DNA of 64,000 bases from NCBI GenBank assembly GCA_015063135.1, contig SUTA01000001.1, forward strand, positions 42,791 to 106,790, given 5' to 3'. This document shows positions 21,951 through 33,565 of the stretch, in pieces. The notes under the pieces are model-generated. The model was given only the letters and a program-made list of their open reading frames with translations. It searched no databases and was not told the DNA's origin. The position numbers were made by a program, and so were the translations under genes. The stretch comes from Thermoplasmata archaeon (GTDB taxonomy: Archaea > Thermoplasmatota > Thermoplasmata > Methanomassiliicoccales > Methanomethylophilaceae). How positions within the stretch are numbered: position 1 is the stretch's first letter; every line of letters begins with the position of its first letter.

Positions 21951-22898
21951 TCGGGCGTCCTCTCCGGCCCTCTTCGCCATGATGCCGTCGAAGGTCACGA
22001 AGCCGCCTGCTGGCTTGCACTTCATGCACAGGGAGCAGCCGGTGCAGTAGCGGATGTTGGTGCAATGGACGCACCTATCGGCGTTGTAGACCCTCCTGAC
22101 CTTCTCGTCCTCGGTCAGGATGTGCTTGTCCAGGTAGTGGCGCAGCTTGTACTCCACGTCCCCGGCATGGTACGACAGCCCCAGGCCGTAGGCCATCTCC
22201 GCCTGCTTGTCGAAGGAACGCGTCACGCACGGGGCCCCGTCCCTGATGAACACGTTGCCCACGAGATTGACCGCCAGGTTGACGCCGTATTCCCTGCAGC
22301 ACCCGCTGACCTGCTCGATCCACTCGTAGCGGCAGGGCCTGTCACCGCCGAACGCCTCGCCGCTCAGCATCACATGATGGATCTGGCCGCTGGCAAGTGC
22401 GGGGGAGACGTCCACCGGGCCTATCAGAGGTGCCAGGTTGAGCCCCTTGTGCTTCGCCGGGACCCCCTCGAACACCGGCCACCTGGCATCGAAGTTCCTC
22501 TGGTTCTCGACAGAGATGTTGAGTATCACGTTCTCCCACCCGTCGCCCCAATTGTCAGGGAGGCATTGCATGATCCTCTCCGGCCTCTTGGTCAGGATGT
22601 AGAACAGGACATCCGGGCGCTTGCGCATAATCGACCACATCTCCGGGCGCCACTCGTCGGCCTCTTCGATGAACGTGTCCGAGGTCATGTTGACGCTCAG
22701 CATGGTGCCGGCCGGCACTTTGTATATCCCCCTGCGGTCCTTCCTGAGGGGCATGTCGAACTGCTTGGTCCTGGCCACCGCCAACGCCTTCTCCGGGACG
22801 CCCCTGAGGCCGTCGGTGAAGAACACGTAGCAGTTCTCGCAGCCCTCGCTGCATTTCCTGCAACCGTGCCAGAGATTCCAGGACTTGGCATCGCTCAT
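21951..22898 (-). CDS. DUF5131 (phage Gp37/Gp68-like) protein with Cys-rich tail
   Basis: WNLWHGCRKCSEGCENCY, ILTKRPER, SVENQ, GE.GG.RPCRYEW. Ends EDA-CGA. Confidence 0.75.
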
Positions 22899-22983
22899 AT
22901 GCCCATACCATGCTTATGTCGATAAATACCTCACGCGGATGGAAACAATATAATTACAAGCGACGATGCGGGGGGCGATAGCA

Positions 22984-24258
22984 ATGCCAGCGAAAGCCAA
23001 GACATCCGCGCCTGCAAAGGCTAAGACCGCGGCCAAGGCCCCGGCCAAGAAGACCGCGAAGAAAAGGGACAAGGTCGTCCTCGCCTACTCCGGCGGACTG
23101 GACACCTCCGTCGCCATCCACTGGCTCCAGGAGCAGTACGACGTCGACGTCATCGCCATCGCAATCAACGTCGGCCAGCCGCCCTCCAAGGACGACATCG
23201 TCGCCCGCGCGCTGAGGAACGGGGCGATCAAGGCCGACTTCATCGACGCCACCGAGGAGTTCGTCGACGATTACATCTGGCCCTCCCTGAAGGCCAACGC
23301 CCTGTACCAGGACATCTACCCCCTGAGCACATCCATCGCCAGGCCCCTCATCGCCAAGAAGCTGGTCGAGGTCGCCAAGAAGGAGGGTGCCAAGTACATC
23401 GCCCACGGCTGCACCGCCAAGGGCAACGACCAGGTCAGGTTCGACGTCGGCATCGTCTCCCAGGACCCCAGCCTCCAGATCATCGCCCCGATGAGGGAGT
23501 GGGTCACCACCAGAGAGAAGGAGATCGAGTACGCCAAGGAGCACGGCATCGAGATCATCGTCAAGAAGGAGAGCCCCTACTCCAGGGACGAGAACCTCTG
23601 GGGAGCCAGCTGCGAGTGCGGCATCCTCGAGGACCCCTGGGAGGAGCCGCCCGAGGACGTCTGGGAGCACACCGCGGACCCCGCCAAGGCGCCCGCCAAG
23701 CCCACATACGTCGAGATCGAGTTCGTGAAGGGGGTGCCAGTCGCCTTGGACGGCAAGAAGATGAAGGGCGTCAAGCTCATCGAGAAGCTTAACGAGATCG
23801 CCGGCGAGAACGGGGTCGGCAGGATCGACCACGTGGAGGACCGCCTGGTCGGCATCAAGAGCCGCGAGACCTACGAGTGCCCCGCGGCCGTCACCCTGAT
23901 CACCGCCCACCGCGCGCTCGAGGCCATGACCCTCCCCAGGGACACCATCGAGTTCAAGAGGGGCATCGAGCAGAAGTACTGCCAGATGGTCTACGACGGG
24001 CTCTGGTTCGGCGGCCTGAGAGAGCCCCTCTGCGCCTTCGTCGACGCTACCCAGGAGTACGTCACCGGCACCGTCAGGATGAAGCTCTTCAGGGGATCCG
24101 CCACCGTCGTCGGCAGGAAGTCCAAGTACTCCATGTACGACAGCGGCCTCAGCACCTACGCGGAGGGAGACGTCTTCGACCACAAGGCCGCCCTCGGGTT
24201 CATCTACATCTGGGGACTGCCCGGACGCACCGCCGCCAAGGCCCACGGCAAGAAGTGA
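22984..24258 (+). CDS. argG: Argininosuccinate synthase
   Basis: LAYSGGLDTS, HGCTAKGNDQVRF, SRDENLWG, GIKSRE. Confidence 0.95.
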   Translation: MPAKAKTSAPAKAKTAAKAPAKKTAKKRDKVVLAYSGGLDTSVAIHWLQEQYDVDVIAIAINVGQPPSKDDIVARALRNGAIKADFIDATEEFVDDYIWPSLKANALYQDIYPLSTSIARPLIAKKLVEVAKKEGAKYIAHGCTAKGNDQVRFDVGIVSQDPSLQIIAPMREWVTTREKEIEYAKEHGIEIIVKKESPYSRDENLWGASCECGILEDPWEEPPEDVWEHTADPAKAPAKPTYVEIEFVKGVPVALDGKKMKGVKLIEKLNEIAGENGVGRIDHVEDRLVGIKSRETYECPAAVTLITAHRALEAMTLPRDTIEFKRGIEQKYCQMVYDGLWFGGLREPLCAFVDATQEYVTGTVRMKLFRGSATVVGRKSKYSMYDSGLSTYAEGDVFDHKAALGFIYIWGLPGRTAAKAHGKK

Positions 24259-24263
24259 TCCAA

Positions 24264-25706
24264 GTGCAGCAGGCACTCTGGTCGGGAAGGTTCTCGGGCG
24301 GGATGGACGATTCCACCCTAGAGTTCACGTCCTCGCTGGACGTGGACTCCAAGCTGGCGTTCTACGATGTCATGGGGTCCCTCGCCCACGTGGCGATGCT
24401 GAAGGCCTGCGGGATCATCCCCGCCGCCGACGCCGACGCCATCTCCGATGGGCTCAGGGGCATCCTCGCCGAGATCAAGGAGGACAGGTTCGAGCTGGAC
24501 TTCTCCCTCGAGGACATCCACACCAACGTGGAGTTCAGGCTGACCGAAAGGATCGGCCCCGCGGGAGGGAAGCTCCACACCGGCAGGAGCAGGAACGACC
24601 AGGTCGCCACCGACTTCAGGATGTACCTGAGGGATGACGCCCTCAGGGCAGCCGATTCCCTCGACACCCTCATGGGCGCCCTGGTGAAGGTCGCGGAGAC
24701 CAATGGCGACACCGTCATGCCCGGCTTCACCCACATGCAGCACGCCCAGCCCGTGACGCTGGCGCAGCACATGCTGGCCCATGCGTTCAGGTTCTCCAGG
24801 GACGCCGACAGGTTCCTCGACGCGTTCAGGAGGATGGACAAGTGCCCCCTGGGCGCAGCGGCGCTCGCAGGCACCACCTACCCGATAGACAGGCGCATGA
24901 CCGCCGAGGCGCTCGGGTTCAAGGAGCCCACCGAGAACTCCATGGACTCCGTCTCCGACAGGGACTTCGTCTGCGAGCTCGCGTTCTGCGCCGCGGAGAC
25001 CGCCGTGCACCTCTCCTCCCTGTGCGAGGAGCTGGTCCTGTGGTCCTCCCAGGAGTTCGGATTCATCGAGATGGACGACAGGTACACCACCGGATCCTCC
25101 ATCATGCCCCAGAAGAAGAACCCCGACATAGCCGAGCTGGTCAGGGGCAAGACCGGTTCCGTCATCGGCGCCCTCGTCACCATGCTCACCATGACCAAGG
25201 GCCTGCCTCTGACCTACAACCGCGACCTGCAGGAGGACAAGCGCCCCGTCATGGACTCCATGGCGACGGTCATCTCCTGCTGCTCCATCATGGCCAAGGT
25301 CATCTCCACCACCGAGTTCCACGCGGACAGGATGCTGGAGGTCACCAGCCGGGGGCAGATCAACGCCACCGACCTGGCCGATTACCTCGTGACCAAGGGC
25401 GTCCCCTTCAGGGAGGCCCACGGGATCGTCGGGGCGGCCGTCAGGCGCAGCATCGACACGGGAGTGAACCTGGAGGACATGACCCTGGACGAGCTCAGGG
25501 AGTTCTCGGACAGGATCGACAAGGACGTCTACGACGTGCTCCCCGTCGTCCGCTGCGTCGAGAGGAGGGACTCCTACGGGGGCACCTCGCCGGCGTCCAC
25601 CGACGTCCAGATCTCCCAGGCGATCGAGCAGATGATGCTCAGGGACGAGGTCGTCCGCCAGGAGACCCAGCTCATCAGCAACTGCTGGAAGGCATTGTCA
25701 AGCTGA
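24264..25706 (+). CDS. argH: Argininosuccinate lyase
   Basis: LWSGRF, HTGRSRNDQ, GSSIMPQKKNPD, PFREAH. GTG start at 24264 (or 24255). Confidence 0.93.
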   Translation: MQQALWSGRFSGGMDDSTLEFTSSLDVDSKLAFYDVMGSLAHVAMLKACGIIPAADADAISDGLRGILAEIKEDRFELDFSLEDIHTNVEFRLTERIGPAGGKLHTGRSRNDQVATDFRMYLRDDALRAADSLDTLMGALVKVAETNGDTVMPGFTHMQHAQPVTLAQHMLAHAFRFSRDADRFLDAFRRMDKCPLGAAALAGTTYPIDRRMTAEALGFKEPTENSMDSVSDRDFVCELAFCAAETAVHLSSLCEELVLWSSQEFGFIEMDDRYTTGSSIMPQKKNPDIAELVRGKTGSVIGALVTMLTMTKGLPLTYNRDLQEDKRPVMDSMATVISCCSIMAKVISTTEFHADRMLEVTSRGQINATDLADYLVTKGVPFREAHGIVGAAVRRSIDTGVNLEDMTLDELREFSDRIDKDVYDVLPVVRCVERRDSYGGTSPASTDVQISQAIEQMMLRDEVVRQETQLISNCWKALSS

Positions 25707-25747
25707 GAAAACCGGGGCCCCAGGCCCCTTTCCCCCATTCTTTAGAA

Positions 25748-26113
25748 TCAATCGAAGTCGACGTCCAGGTTCTCCTTCATGTCGAACTTGACGTCAGCGG
25801 CCTTCAGCATGTCGGAGATGTTCTCCGCGATGGGCTTGAGGTCCGTGGTCTTGCTGTAGGTCTTGATGTAGAACTCCTTGCTCTCCATGGGGAACACGAG
25901 TCTGACCTTGCCCTTCCTGTTGTATCCCTCGGGCTTCCTGTCGCGCTCCAGATCCATCATGTTGAGCTCGATCAGCATCTGGAGGACCTCCTCGTCCTCC
26001 TGCATCTGGCCGATCTCCTCGAGGAACATCTTCAGCATGTCCGGGAACACCGGCGCGAGGTTCTTGTAGCTGGATTTGCCCTTGAGAACGAAATGGATGC
26101 TGTAGACCTTCAT
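25748..26113 (-). CDS. Hypothetical protein
   Basis: ATG at 26113 (MKVYSIHF); host-like codon usage; ends TGA. Confidence 0.6.
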   Translation of the reverse strand: MKVYSIHFVLKGKSSYKNLAPVFPDMLKMFLEEIGQMQEDEEVLQMLIELNMMDLERDRKPEGYNRKGKVRLVFPMESKEFYIKTYSKTTDLKPIAENISDMLKAADVKFDMKENLDVDFD

Positions 26114-26202
26114 CGAGGACGTGCATAGTGCTGGATGATTTAATTCTATCGCGCATCTCCGCGCGATAGGGTTTATATCCCCATTTATAAATGGGGCTAG
26201 GG

Positions 26203-27483
26203 ATGAGGAATGCACTTACGATCGCCGGGTCGGATTCGATCGGCGGGGCCGGCATCCAGGCGGATGTGAAGGCCATGGCCGCAGTCGGGGTCCACGCGAC
26301 GACCGTCATCACAGCTATCACAGCTCAGAACACGCAGGGGGTGTTCGGGATACTCCCAGTTTCCCCTGAATTCGTGCAGGACCAGCTAGAGGCGGTCCTG
26401 AAGGACAGCGACATCAAGGCGGTCAAGACCGGCATGCTCTACAGCGCCGAGATCGTGGAGACCGTGGCGGACATCCTGGAGGACCGCGATGTGCCTGTGG
26501 TCGTGGATCCCGTGCTCGTTTCGGGGACCGGACACTCGCTCGCCGACGACGACCTCCCCAAGGCCATCAGGAAGCACCTGCTCCCGATCTGCGAGCTGGT
26601 GACCCCCAACAAGAACGAGGCCGAGGTGCTCGCCAAGATGAAGATCAGGAACGAGGACGACATCACGCTCGCGTGCGAGCTGATCGGGAAGGAGGGGGAG
26701 GCCGTGCTGCTCAAGGGCGGGCACTTCAACTCCAACACTGTGGTCGACTACCTCTACCTCTCATCGGAGTTCAACAAGCTGGAGTACCCGCGCCTGAAGA
26801 GGTCCGGGCACGGCAGCGGATGCGTCCTGTCCTCCTACATAACCGCGAACATGGCCAAGGGCATAGACATCGTCAACTCCGTGATGAAGTCCAGGGCCCT
26901 CATACAGGAAGCCATAGCCACGCAGTACGCCGTCGGCCAGGGGATCGAGGTCGTGAACCCCATCGTCAAGATGAAGGGCGACACGGACCGGTTCAAGGTC
27001 CTGGACGCCCTCGATGCCGCCGCTGCGAAGATCGTAGACACCGTCCCGGAGGAGTTCGTGCCCAAGGGCGGCATAAACATCGCGCTCGCGCTGAAGGACG
27101 CCGCCGGGCCGGAGGAGATCGCCGCCATGGACAAGAGGATCCGCGTCCACAACGGCAGCCTGAAATGCGGGCCCGCAAAGTTCGGCGTCGCGGAGCACCT
27201 CTCATACGTGCTCCTCGCGGCCATGAAGAAGGACCCGTCCGTCAGGAGCGTCATGAGCATCGCATTCTCCAAGGACACCCTGAGCATCATGGAGGAGGTC
27301 GGCCTGGAGGCCGTCGCAGCCAACATGCAGATGGACAAGGTGTCCGAGGGAACCGAGGAGGCCATAGCCAAGTTCAAGGGCGTACCGGACGCCATCTACG
27401 ACAAGGCGGGCAAGACCAGGATGTTCCGCATCTTCGGCAAGGACGAGAAGGACGTCCTGAACAAGCTGGAATCCATTCTCCGA
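26203..27483 (+). CDS. thiD: Hydroxymethylpyrimidine/phosphomethylpyrimidine kinase with ThiN-like C-terminal domain
   Basis: LTIAGSDSIGGAGIQAD, KTGML, VVDPV, TPN, HGSGC. ThiN-like GVPDAIYD. Ends ESIL-CGA, followed by a short hairpin. Confidence 0.85.
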
Positions 27484-27555
27484 GAGGGCTACCCCCCTCA
27501 AACCCCTTACGCCTAATCGCAACGCCTTTATCCAGCATACCGCGATTCAACTGGC

Positions 27556-27699
27556 ATGGCAGACATCAAAGAGGACTGCAAGTGCCCGAACACCGGATGT
27601 CCCCGCCATGGGGACTGCAGGGAATGCGTCGAATTCCATGTAGCCGGTGCCAAAAAGCCCCCGTTCTGTCTCCGCGTCCAATGGACGGAGTACCCCTGA
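27556..27699 (+). CDS. Small Cys/His-rich putative metal-binding protein (47 aa), absent from the ORF track
   Basis: Read manually: MADIKEDCKCPNTGCPRHGDCRECVEFHVAGAKKPPFCLRVQWTEYP-TGA. Confidence 0.6.
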   Translation: MADIKEDCKCPNTGCPRHGDCRECVEFHVAGAKKPPFCLRVQWTEYP

Positions 27700-27798
27700 T
27701 CGGAGAAACCAATTCCGGGCGATCTCCCGGCCGAAAACACGAAAACAATTATTAGGGGACGGGCCCGAGGGCCCGCCTCCCAGGCTGACTTTGCGTTT

Positions 27799-28698
27799 TC
27801 AAGCGATGCTTCTGACGGTGATGTCGAAGTAGAGCCCGATGTTGTCCCTCTCGGCGGTGGTCTTGTAGGTGACCTTGTCGCCGAGGATGTTGGTGATGTA
27901 GTAGACCTCGCTGCCGCCGTAATCGAGCTTGATCATCTGGATCGTGCCAGTTGCGGGATCGACGAGGGTGTATCCCTCGACAAGCAGGTCGTAGGTGATG
28001 GTGTCATCAACGGACTTCACAACGTACTTGACGTTACCGAAATCGCTGTCCTCGTTCTTCTGATACTCGTAGGTCTGGACCGACGGGTTGTAGGTGATGA
28101 AAACGGTCTGGGTCGCAGTGTCGATGGTCGCCTGGGCGTCCCATCCGTACACGGATGTGAACACGGAGGACATGACGCCGGGGGTCAGGGTGACATCGCT
28201 GTAGAGCTTGGTGAAGTCGCTCTTGGACATTGTCACGGTCCTGTCCATCTCGATACCGGTGCTGGTGATGGTCTCGGGGCTGACGGGGCTGACGTAGCCC
28301 TCTCCGACCGGGATGAAGACCCTGGTGGAGTCCCCGACCTTGAGGCCGACGATGGCATCCTCGAACATCTTGAGCATGCTTCCCTTACCGACGGTGAGGG
28401 AGAGCTCGGAGTACGAGGACTTGCTGAAGGAATTGGACTTCTTGTAATCGTCGTCGGTACCGATGCTCTTCACGGACGTGTCGAACACAACGGCATCGGT
28501 TCCATCGTAGTAATCGTAGTAGGAACCAGTGTAGTCGACTTTCACTTCGCTTCCATAAGAGACCCTGGAATCGTCTGCGGACAGATAGTGGTCCACGACG
28601 AACGCGCCCGCGATCATGACGACGGCAACGCCGAATATGATCAGGCAGGACATGAAGATCGGGTCCCTGTCCTTCTTGGCTTTTTCGTTGTCAGCCAT
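27799..28698 (-). CDS. Membrane-anchored FKBP-type peptidyl-prolyl isomerase-like protein
   Basis: TM helix, VKVDYTG, VFDTS, VGKGSMLKMFEDAIVGLKVG, GY, LYFDITV. Confidence 0.7.
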   Translation of the reverse strand: MADNEKAKKDRDPIFMSCLIIFGVAVVMIAGAFVVDHYLSADDSRVSYGSEVKVDYTGSYYDYYDGTDAVVFDTSVKSIGTDDDYKKSNSFSKSSYSELSLTVGKGSMLKMFEDAIVGLKVGDSTRVFIPVGEGYVSPVSPETITSTGIEMDRTVTMSKSDFTKLYSDVTLTPGVMSSVFTSVYGWDAQATIDTATQTVFITYNPSVQTYEYQKNEDSDFGNVKYVVKSVDDTITYDLLVEGYTLVDPATGTIQMIKLDYGGSEVYYITNILGDKVTYKTTAERDNIGLYFDITVRSIA

Positions 28699-28759
28699 TT
28701 TAACCGATTGCCCGATACTAAATTAATATAAAAGGGGTTCGCCAGGAACATCAGACGGT

Positions 28760-29353
28760 TCGACGGACGCGGAACCTGCCGCCCAGGGAATCCACGATGC
28801 TGGCACACTTCTGGACGTCCTGGTCGCTGATGAATCCGCTGACCACTGACATCCTCAGGCCGATCCCCGCCGCCCTGCACTCCCTGGCAAAGGAGAGCAT
28901 GGCATCGTACGAGCCTGGGCCGAAGCTGGGCTTCGTGACCCTCAGGTACTCCTCCTCGTTGGGGGCGTTGAGGCTCACGGACACCGTATCAATCCTTCCG
29001 ACGAGCTCCGGGACTATGTCCCTGCCGTTTATCAGGCATCCCAGCCCGTTGGTGTCCAGACGGGTCCTCTTGCGCAGCTCCCCGTGTATGAACTCCGCCA
29101 CATCCAGGACTACGTCCAGCCTCTCGGTGGGCTCCCCGTAGCCGCAGAAGACGACCTCGTCGGATTCCGAGAGGTCCACGCTGCGGAGCGCGTCCTTGAT
29201 CTCGTCCGCCGTGGGCTCGCGGTCGAGCCACAGGCAGTCCGCGTCGCCCAGCGTGTCGAACTGGTTCCTGACGCAGAAGATGCACTTGCAGGGGCACCTG
29301 TTGGTCAGGTTGATGTAGTACGTCGAGCCGTAGCGGTAGAGTATCGAGGACAT
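28760..29353 (-). CDS. TatD-associated radical SAM protein
   Basis: YINLTNRCPCKCIFCVR, VFCGYGEPT, TNG, SVSLNA. CGA after FRVR, with TGA three codons later. Confidence 0.8.
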
Positions 29354-29391
29354 GTGTCACGGGTGCAGTGCCAGCACGCCATAAAAGCGAT

Positions 29392-29928
29392 TCGGTACTC
29401 TATGCCCTTCCTGGCGCCGATGCCCTTGTCCATCGGGTGCTTCACCAGCTTCATCTCGGTGATGAGGTCGGCGTACTCCTCGAGCTGCGGGGTCATCCCC
29501 CTGCCCGTCAGGACTATCTCGACGTGCTTCGGCCTGCGCTTCAGGGACTCGATGAGCTCCTCGGACGTTATCAGCTTGAGCCTGACCGCGTTCATGGCCT
29601 CGTCCAGGATGACCAGGTCGTATTTGCCGGTCCCGATCAACTTCTCTGACTCCGCCAGGGCGTCCTTGGCGCACTTGATGTCCTCGGGCTTGGGCTCGCC
29701 GAAGACGAAATGGTCCATCCCCATGGAATGTATCTCTATCCCCAGCTTCTCGCAGGCGATCTGCTCGCCGTAACCGTCGCTGGGCTTCAGGAACTGGATT
29801 ATGAGGACCTTTAACCCCCTGCCCGACGCTCTCAGCGCCAGGCCGAGAGATGCCGTGGTCTTCCCCTTGCCGTTGCCCGTGTAGATCTGAACGAGACCGA
29901 GCTCCTCGCGGATGTTCTCTTTTATCAT
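29392..29928 (-). CDS. cobO: Cob(I)yrinic acid a,c-diamide adenosyltransferase
   Basis: YTGNGKGKTTA, QFLK, LDE, LTGR, KHP. Family-typical terminus ARKGIEY followed directly by CGA. Confidence 0.9.
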
Positions 29929-30037
29929 ACATGGTGAATCAGCATGCTTGGTTTAAACCATGGGCATGGCAACAGGTCGCTGCTCCTCGTATTTCCACCT
30001 TTTTCATCAAAATCATCTAGGTAGCGAATCGTTATTT

Positions 30038-30066
30038 ATACCTAAATAAATCACTTATTTAGGTAT
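30038..30066. promoter_or_regulatory. Perfect 12-bp inverted repeat upstream of the Fic gene (candidate operator)
   Basis: ATACCTAAATAA-ATCAC-TTATTTAGGTAT in an AT-rich intergenic region. Confidence 0.5.
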
Positions 30067-30098
30067 TATTTTATAATTAATACCTATATTTATTGAAT

Positions 30099-31139
30099 AT
30101 GCACGAATTCGACTACTCCGAGATCCTGGGAGACATCCCTGCTGACATAGCGGATCTGATGATGGAGATCACCCGCATCAGATCCATGGAGGGGGTCCGC
30201 CGCAGGGCCTATCTCAAGGACTACTCCGCGATGGAGGGGATAGCTAGGCTAGCATCCGTGAAGTACTCCAACAAGATCGAGGGCATAGTCTCAACCGACG
30301 AGCGCATCAGGGAGATAGTCCAGCGCGGAGGAGTGCCGATGACCCATCCGGAGAGGGAGATCGCCGGCTACAGGGACGCCCTCGACCTGATCCACAGCGA
30401 CTCTGCATCGATAATGTTCAACAGGGAGACGGTGCTCAACCTGCACTCGATGCTCAATGCCAAGGGCTCGGAGAGGCGTGCCTTCAAGGACGCGGACAAC
30501 GCGATCGTCAGCATCGATTCCCAGGGCCGCAGGCATCTGGTGTTCGAGCCCGTCCCGGCTTCAGAGACGGAGGAGCACATGGAACAGCTGTTCCTGGCCT
30601 ACCAAGAGCTGTCCTCACAGGGCTACGAGCCCCTGCTTTACATCCCATGCGTAATCCTTGATTACCTGTGCATCCACCCGTTCCTGGACGGCAACGGCAG
30701 GACCTCGAGGCTGATCACCATGCTACTCCTCTACAAGGAGGGCATCGACGTCTGCAGATACGTCTCCATGGACGAACACATATCCCGGACGGCTCCCGAG
30801 TACTACTCCTCGCTGAACGAATCATCAGAAGGTTGGAGGGAGAACCGCTGGAGCTACTTCCCGTTCATCCGCTACTTCCTGAGGATGCTGCTGGAATGCT
30901 ACATCGACCTGGACACCTGTTTCGCCATCGTCGACGGGAAGAAGATAGACAGAACCCAGATGGTGGAGAACGTCCTTATGGGGAGCGTCGCCCCGATGTC
31001 GGTAAGGCAGATCCAGGCCGTCCTCCCGAACGTAAGCCTGTACACCATACAGAAGTCAGTGAAGGAGCTGCTGGCTGAGGGCAGGATAGAGAAGGTGGGC
31101 GTCACGAGAGGCGCCCGCTACCGGTACGTGCGCAGGCGA
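30099..31139 (+). CDS. Fic-domain protein with C-terminal winged helix
   Basis: SNKIEG motif, HPFLDGNGRTSR. Ends GARYRYVRR-CGA. Confidence 0.88.
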
Positions 31140-31144
31140 GGCTA

Positions 31145-31537
31145 TCGCTGCTGCTTCCCGAGCCCGTGCTCGCGTGCGTCGGAGAAGCACTTCACAGCCT
31201 TGGCGCAATTCCTCGGGGTCCCCAGCCCGGACGAGTACATTATCCCGAGCTGATACATCGCGTACGGATCGCCCTGGTCCGCGGCCTTGGTGAACCACTT
31301 GAGCGCCTCGTAGTTGTCCTGCACAACGCCCTTCCCGTTGCGGTAGATCTCGGCAAGCTCGTACTGCGCCTTGGCGTCCCCCGCCTCCGCCCTCGCGGTG
31401 ACCTCCTGGAGGTCCGCGGGCCCCTCGGCGCTCCAGGTGCACTTGCAGCCGCAATAGGCGCAGAAAGCCTGGGTGAGGGTGGAGTCGAACTGGTTGACCT
31501 TCCCGCAGGAAGGGCATTTGACGGGGACGTAGGCCAT
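31145..31537 (-). CDS. Zn-ribbon plus Sel1-like repeat protein
   Basis: CPSCG...CAYCG; AQYELA, ALKWFTKAADQG, AMYQLG. Ends CGA-TAG. Confidence 0.75.
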
Positions 31538-31576
31538 GCCACGGGCATCCTGTGGGGGATGATATAGATTGCGCGC

Positions 31577-31873
31577 TCGGTTGCGACCCGACAGCTCGAC
31601 GCAGATGGCATCGACCGCCTCCTCGAGCCTCTGCGGGTCGTAGGGCTCCGGGAAGAGGATCATCTCCCCTCCGCCGTCGTACGGGAATGCCGATGGGCAA
31701 TCCCTGAGCATCCTGGCGGAGGCCTTGGTGATCTTCAGGAGCAGCCTGTCGTCGTAAATCCCGCCGAAGAGGATGCCATCCCTGTATAGCAGGTACTCCC
31801 CCATCATCTTGCGGGACTTTATCCCCGGCAGGGCGGCCTCGACGGCCTCCAGGGTGCTGGCGCTGGACGGCAT
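31577..31873 (-). CDS. TfoX N-terminal domain protein
   Basis: RKMMGEYLLY.DG.FGGIYDDRLLLK, PYDG. Ends at CGA. Confidence 0.75.
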
Positions 31874-31994
31874 GCGGCATGATTCCCCTTCACACGATTA
31901 ATGCTTCCGACCTATCGCATGCGGCCGTTGCTCGATGCCCGCAAGCCCGCGGGCACCCGCTCTGTTATTATTTTGCAAGCAATTACAGGAGAGC

Positions 31995-33515
31995 ATGAAG
32001 GCCCGTGACATCGTGATCGCAGCCGCTCTGGTCGTGGCCATCGTGATCGCAGCGTCCTTCGCCACCATGCACGGCGGGCATGACCGGGACGGGTTCGTGA
32101 TCATACACACGAACGACACCCACTGCTACTACGGGGATGACGGCAACCTCGGATTCTCCACCGTAGCCTCGCTCAAGGACCAGATGGAGTCCGACGGAAA
32201 GGCCGTTTTCCTGGTGGATGCGGGGGATTTCCTCCAGGGCAACGTCTACGGCGCCCTGAGCAAGGGAGAGTACTCGGTCGATGTCATGAACATGGTCGGA
32301 TACGACCTCGGCATCCCGGGCAACCACGATTTCGACTTCACGGCCGACGTGATGCTCGAGAGGGCCAACGCCTTGGACTACCCCCTGATTTGCGCCAACC
32401 TGGCCTACAGGTCTACGGGCGAGAGCGTTTTCCATGAGTACATGATCCTCGAGAAGGGCGGGTACAGGCTCGGATGCTTCGGCCTCCTCACCCCTGACAC
32501 CGAGGCCCAGGTCATGAGGGGGTACATGGGTGACATGACCGTCACGGACCCCGTCGCGGCGGCCGAGCGCATGGTCGACACGCTGCAGCACAGCGACGTC
32601 GACTACGTCGTGGCCATCGGGCACTTGGGTGTGGACAGGAGCGCCACCATAACCTCCGACGAGCTTTGCAGCAAGGTAGACGGGATAGACATCTTCATCG
32701 ACGGCCACAGCCACACCGAGATGGAGGACGGGAAGGTTTGCGACGGCAGCGTCCAGCTGATCCCCAGCGACACGGTTATAGCGAGCACCGGATGCTTCAA
32801 CAAGACCGTGGGGATCGTCAAGGTGTCCGATAAGGGCGGCATCTCCGCCAAGCTCCACCGCGACGAGGCATACCACGACCCCGGGATCGTCGGAGAGGTC
32901 GAGAGGATCCACGAGGAGGTGGACGGCGAGCTGTCCCATGTCATCGGGTCCACCAAGATCTACCTGGACGGGGAGCGCGGGAGCGTGCGCGTGCATGAGA
33001 CCAACCTCGGGGACCTGACGACCGACGTCATGCGCCATCTGGGCGATGCCGATGTTGCCTTGATCAGCGGAGGGTCGATCCGCACCAGCATCCCGCCCGG
33101 CGAGATCATCAGGCACCAGGTTCTCGATGTCAATCCGTTCTTCAACAGCCTGTGGATGCTTGAGATCACCGGGAAGACCCTGAAGGAAGTCCTGGAGTTC
33201 TCGTACTCCCATCACGGCGAGGTCTTCGGCGGTTTCATGCAGGTGTCCGGCATCGAGCTGAAGTTCGATCCGACGAAAGACGTGGGATCGCGCATAGTGT
33301 CCCTCCAGAAGGACGGCAAGGATATCGGCGACGACGACAAGCTGACGCTCGTGCTGACGGACTACCTTGCGCAGGGCGGCGACGGCTACACGATGTTTAA
33401 GGACATCCCGTACGAGGTCATCGGGGACCTCTCCAACGCCGTGATGAAGTACTTCGAGGACATCGGACCGATAACCGAGTCGACGATAAAGATGGGTCGG
33501 CAGACGCAGGCGCGA
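31995..33515 (+). CDS. Secreted 5'-nucleotidase / UDP-sugar hydrolase family metallophosphoesterase
   Basis: Signal peptide; HTNDTH, DAGD, GNHDFD, DGHSH, ETNLGDL, GGDGY. Ends GRQTQA-CGA. Confidence 0.85.
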
Positions 33516-33565
33516 GCGCGTCATTCAAGCCACCTCCCCCGGTCTCCCTGGATTATATCGGGGAT

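Noticed and set aside
31142-31873. TfoX-Sel1 fusion ORF
   Set aside because: CGA at 31577-31579 ends TfoX, and a new ATG at 31537 starts the Sel1 gene.
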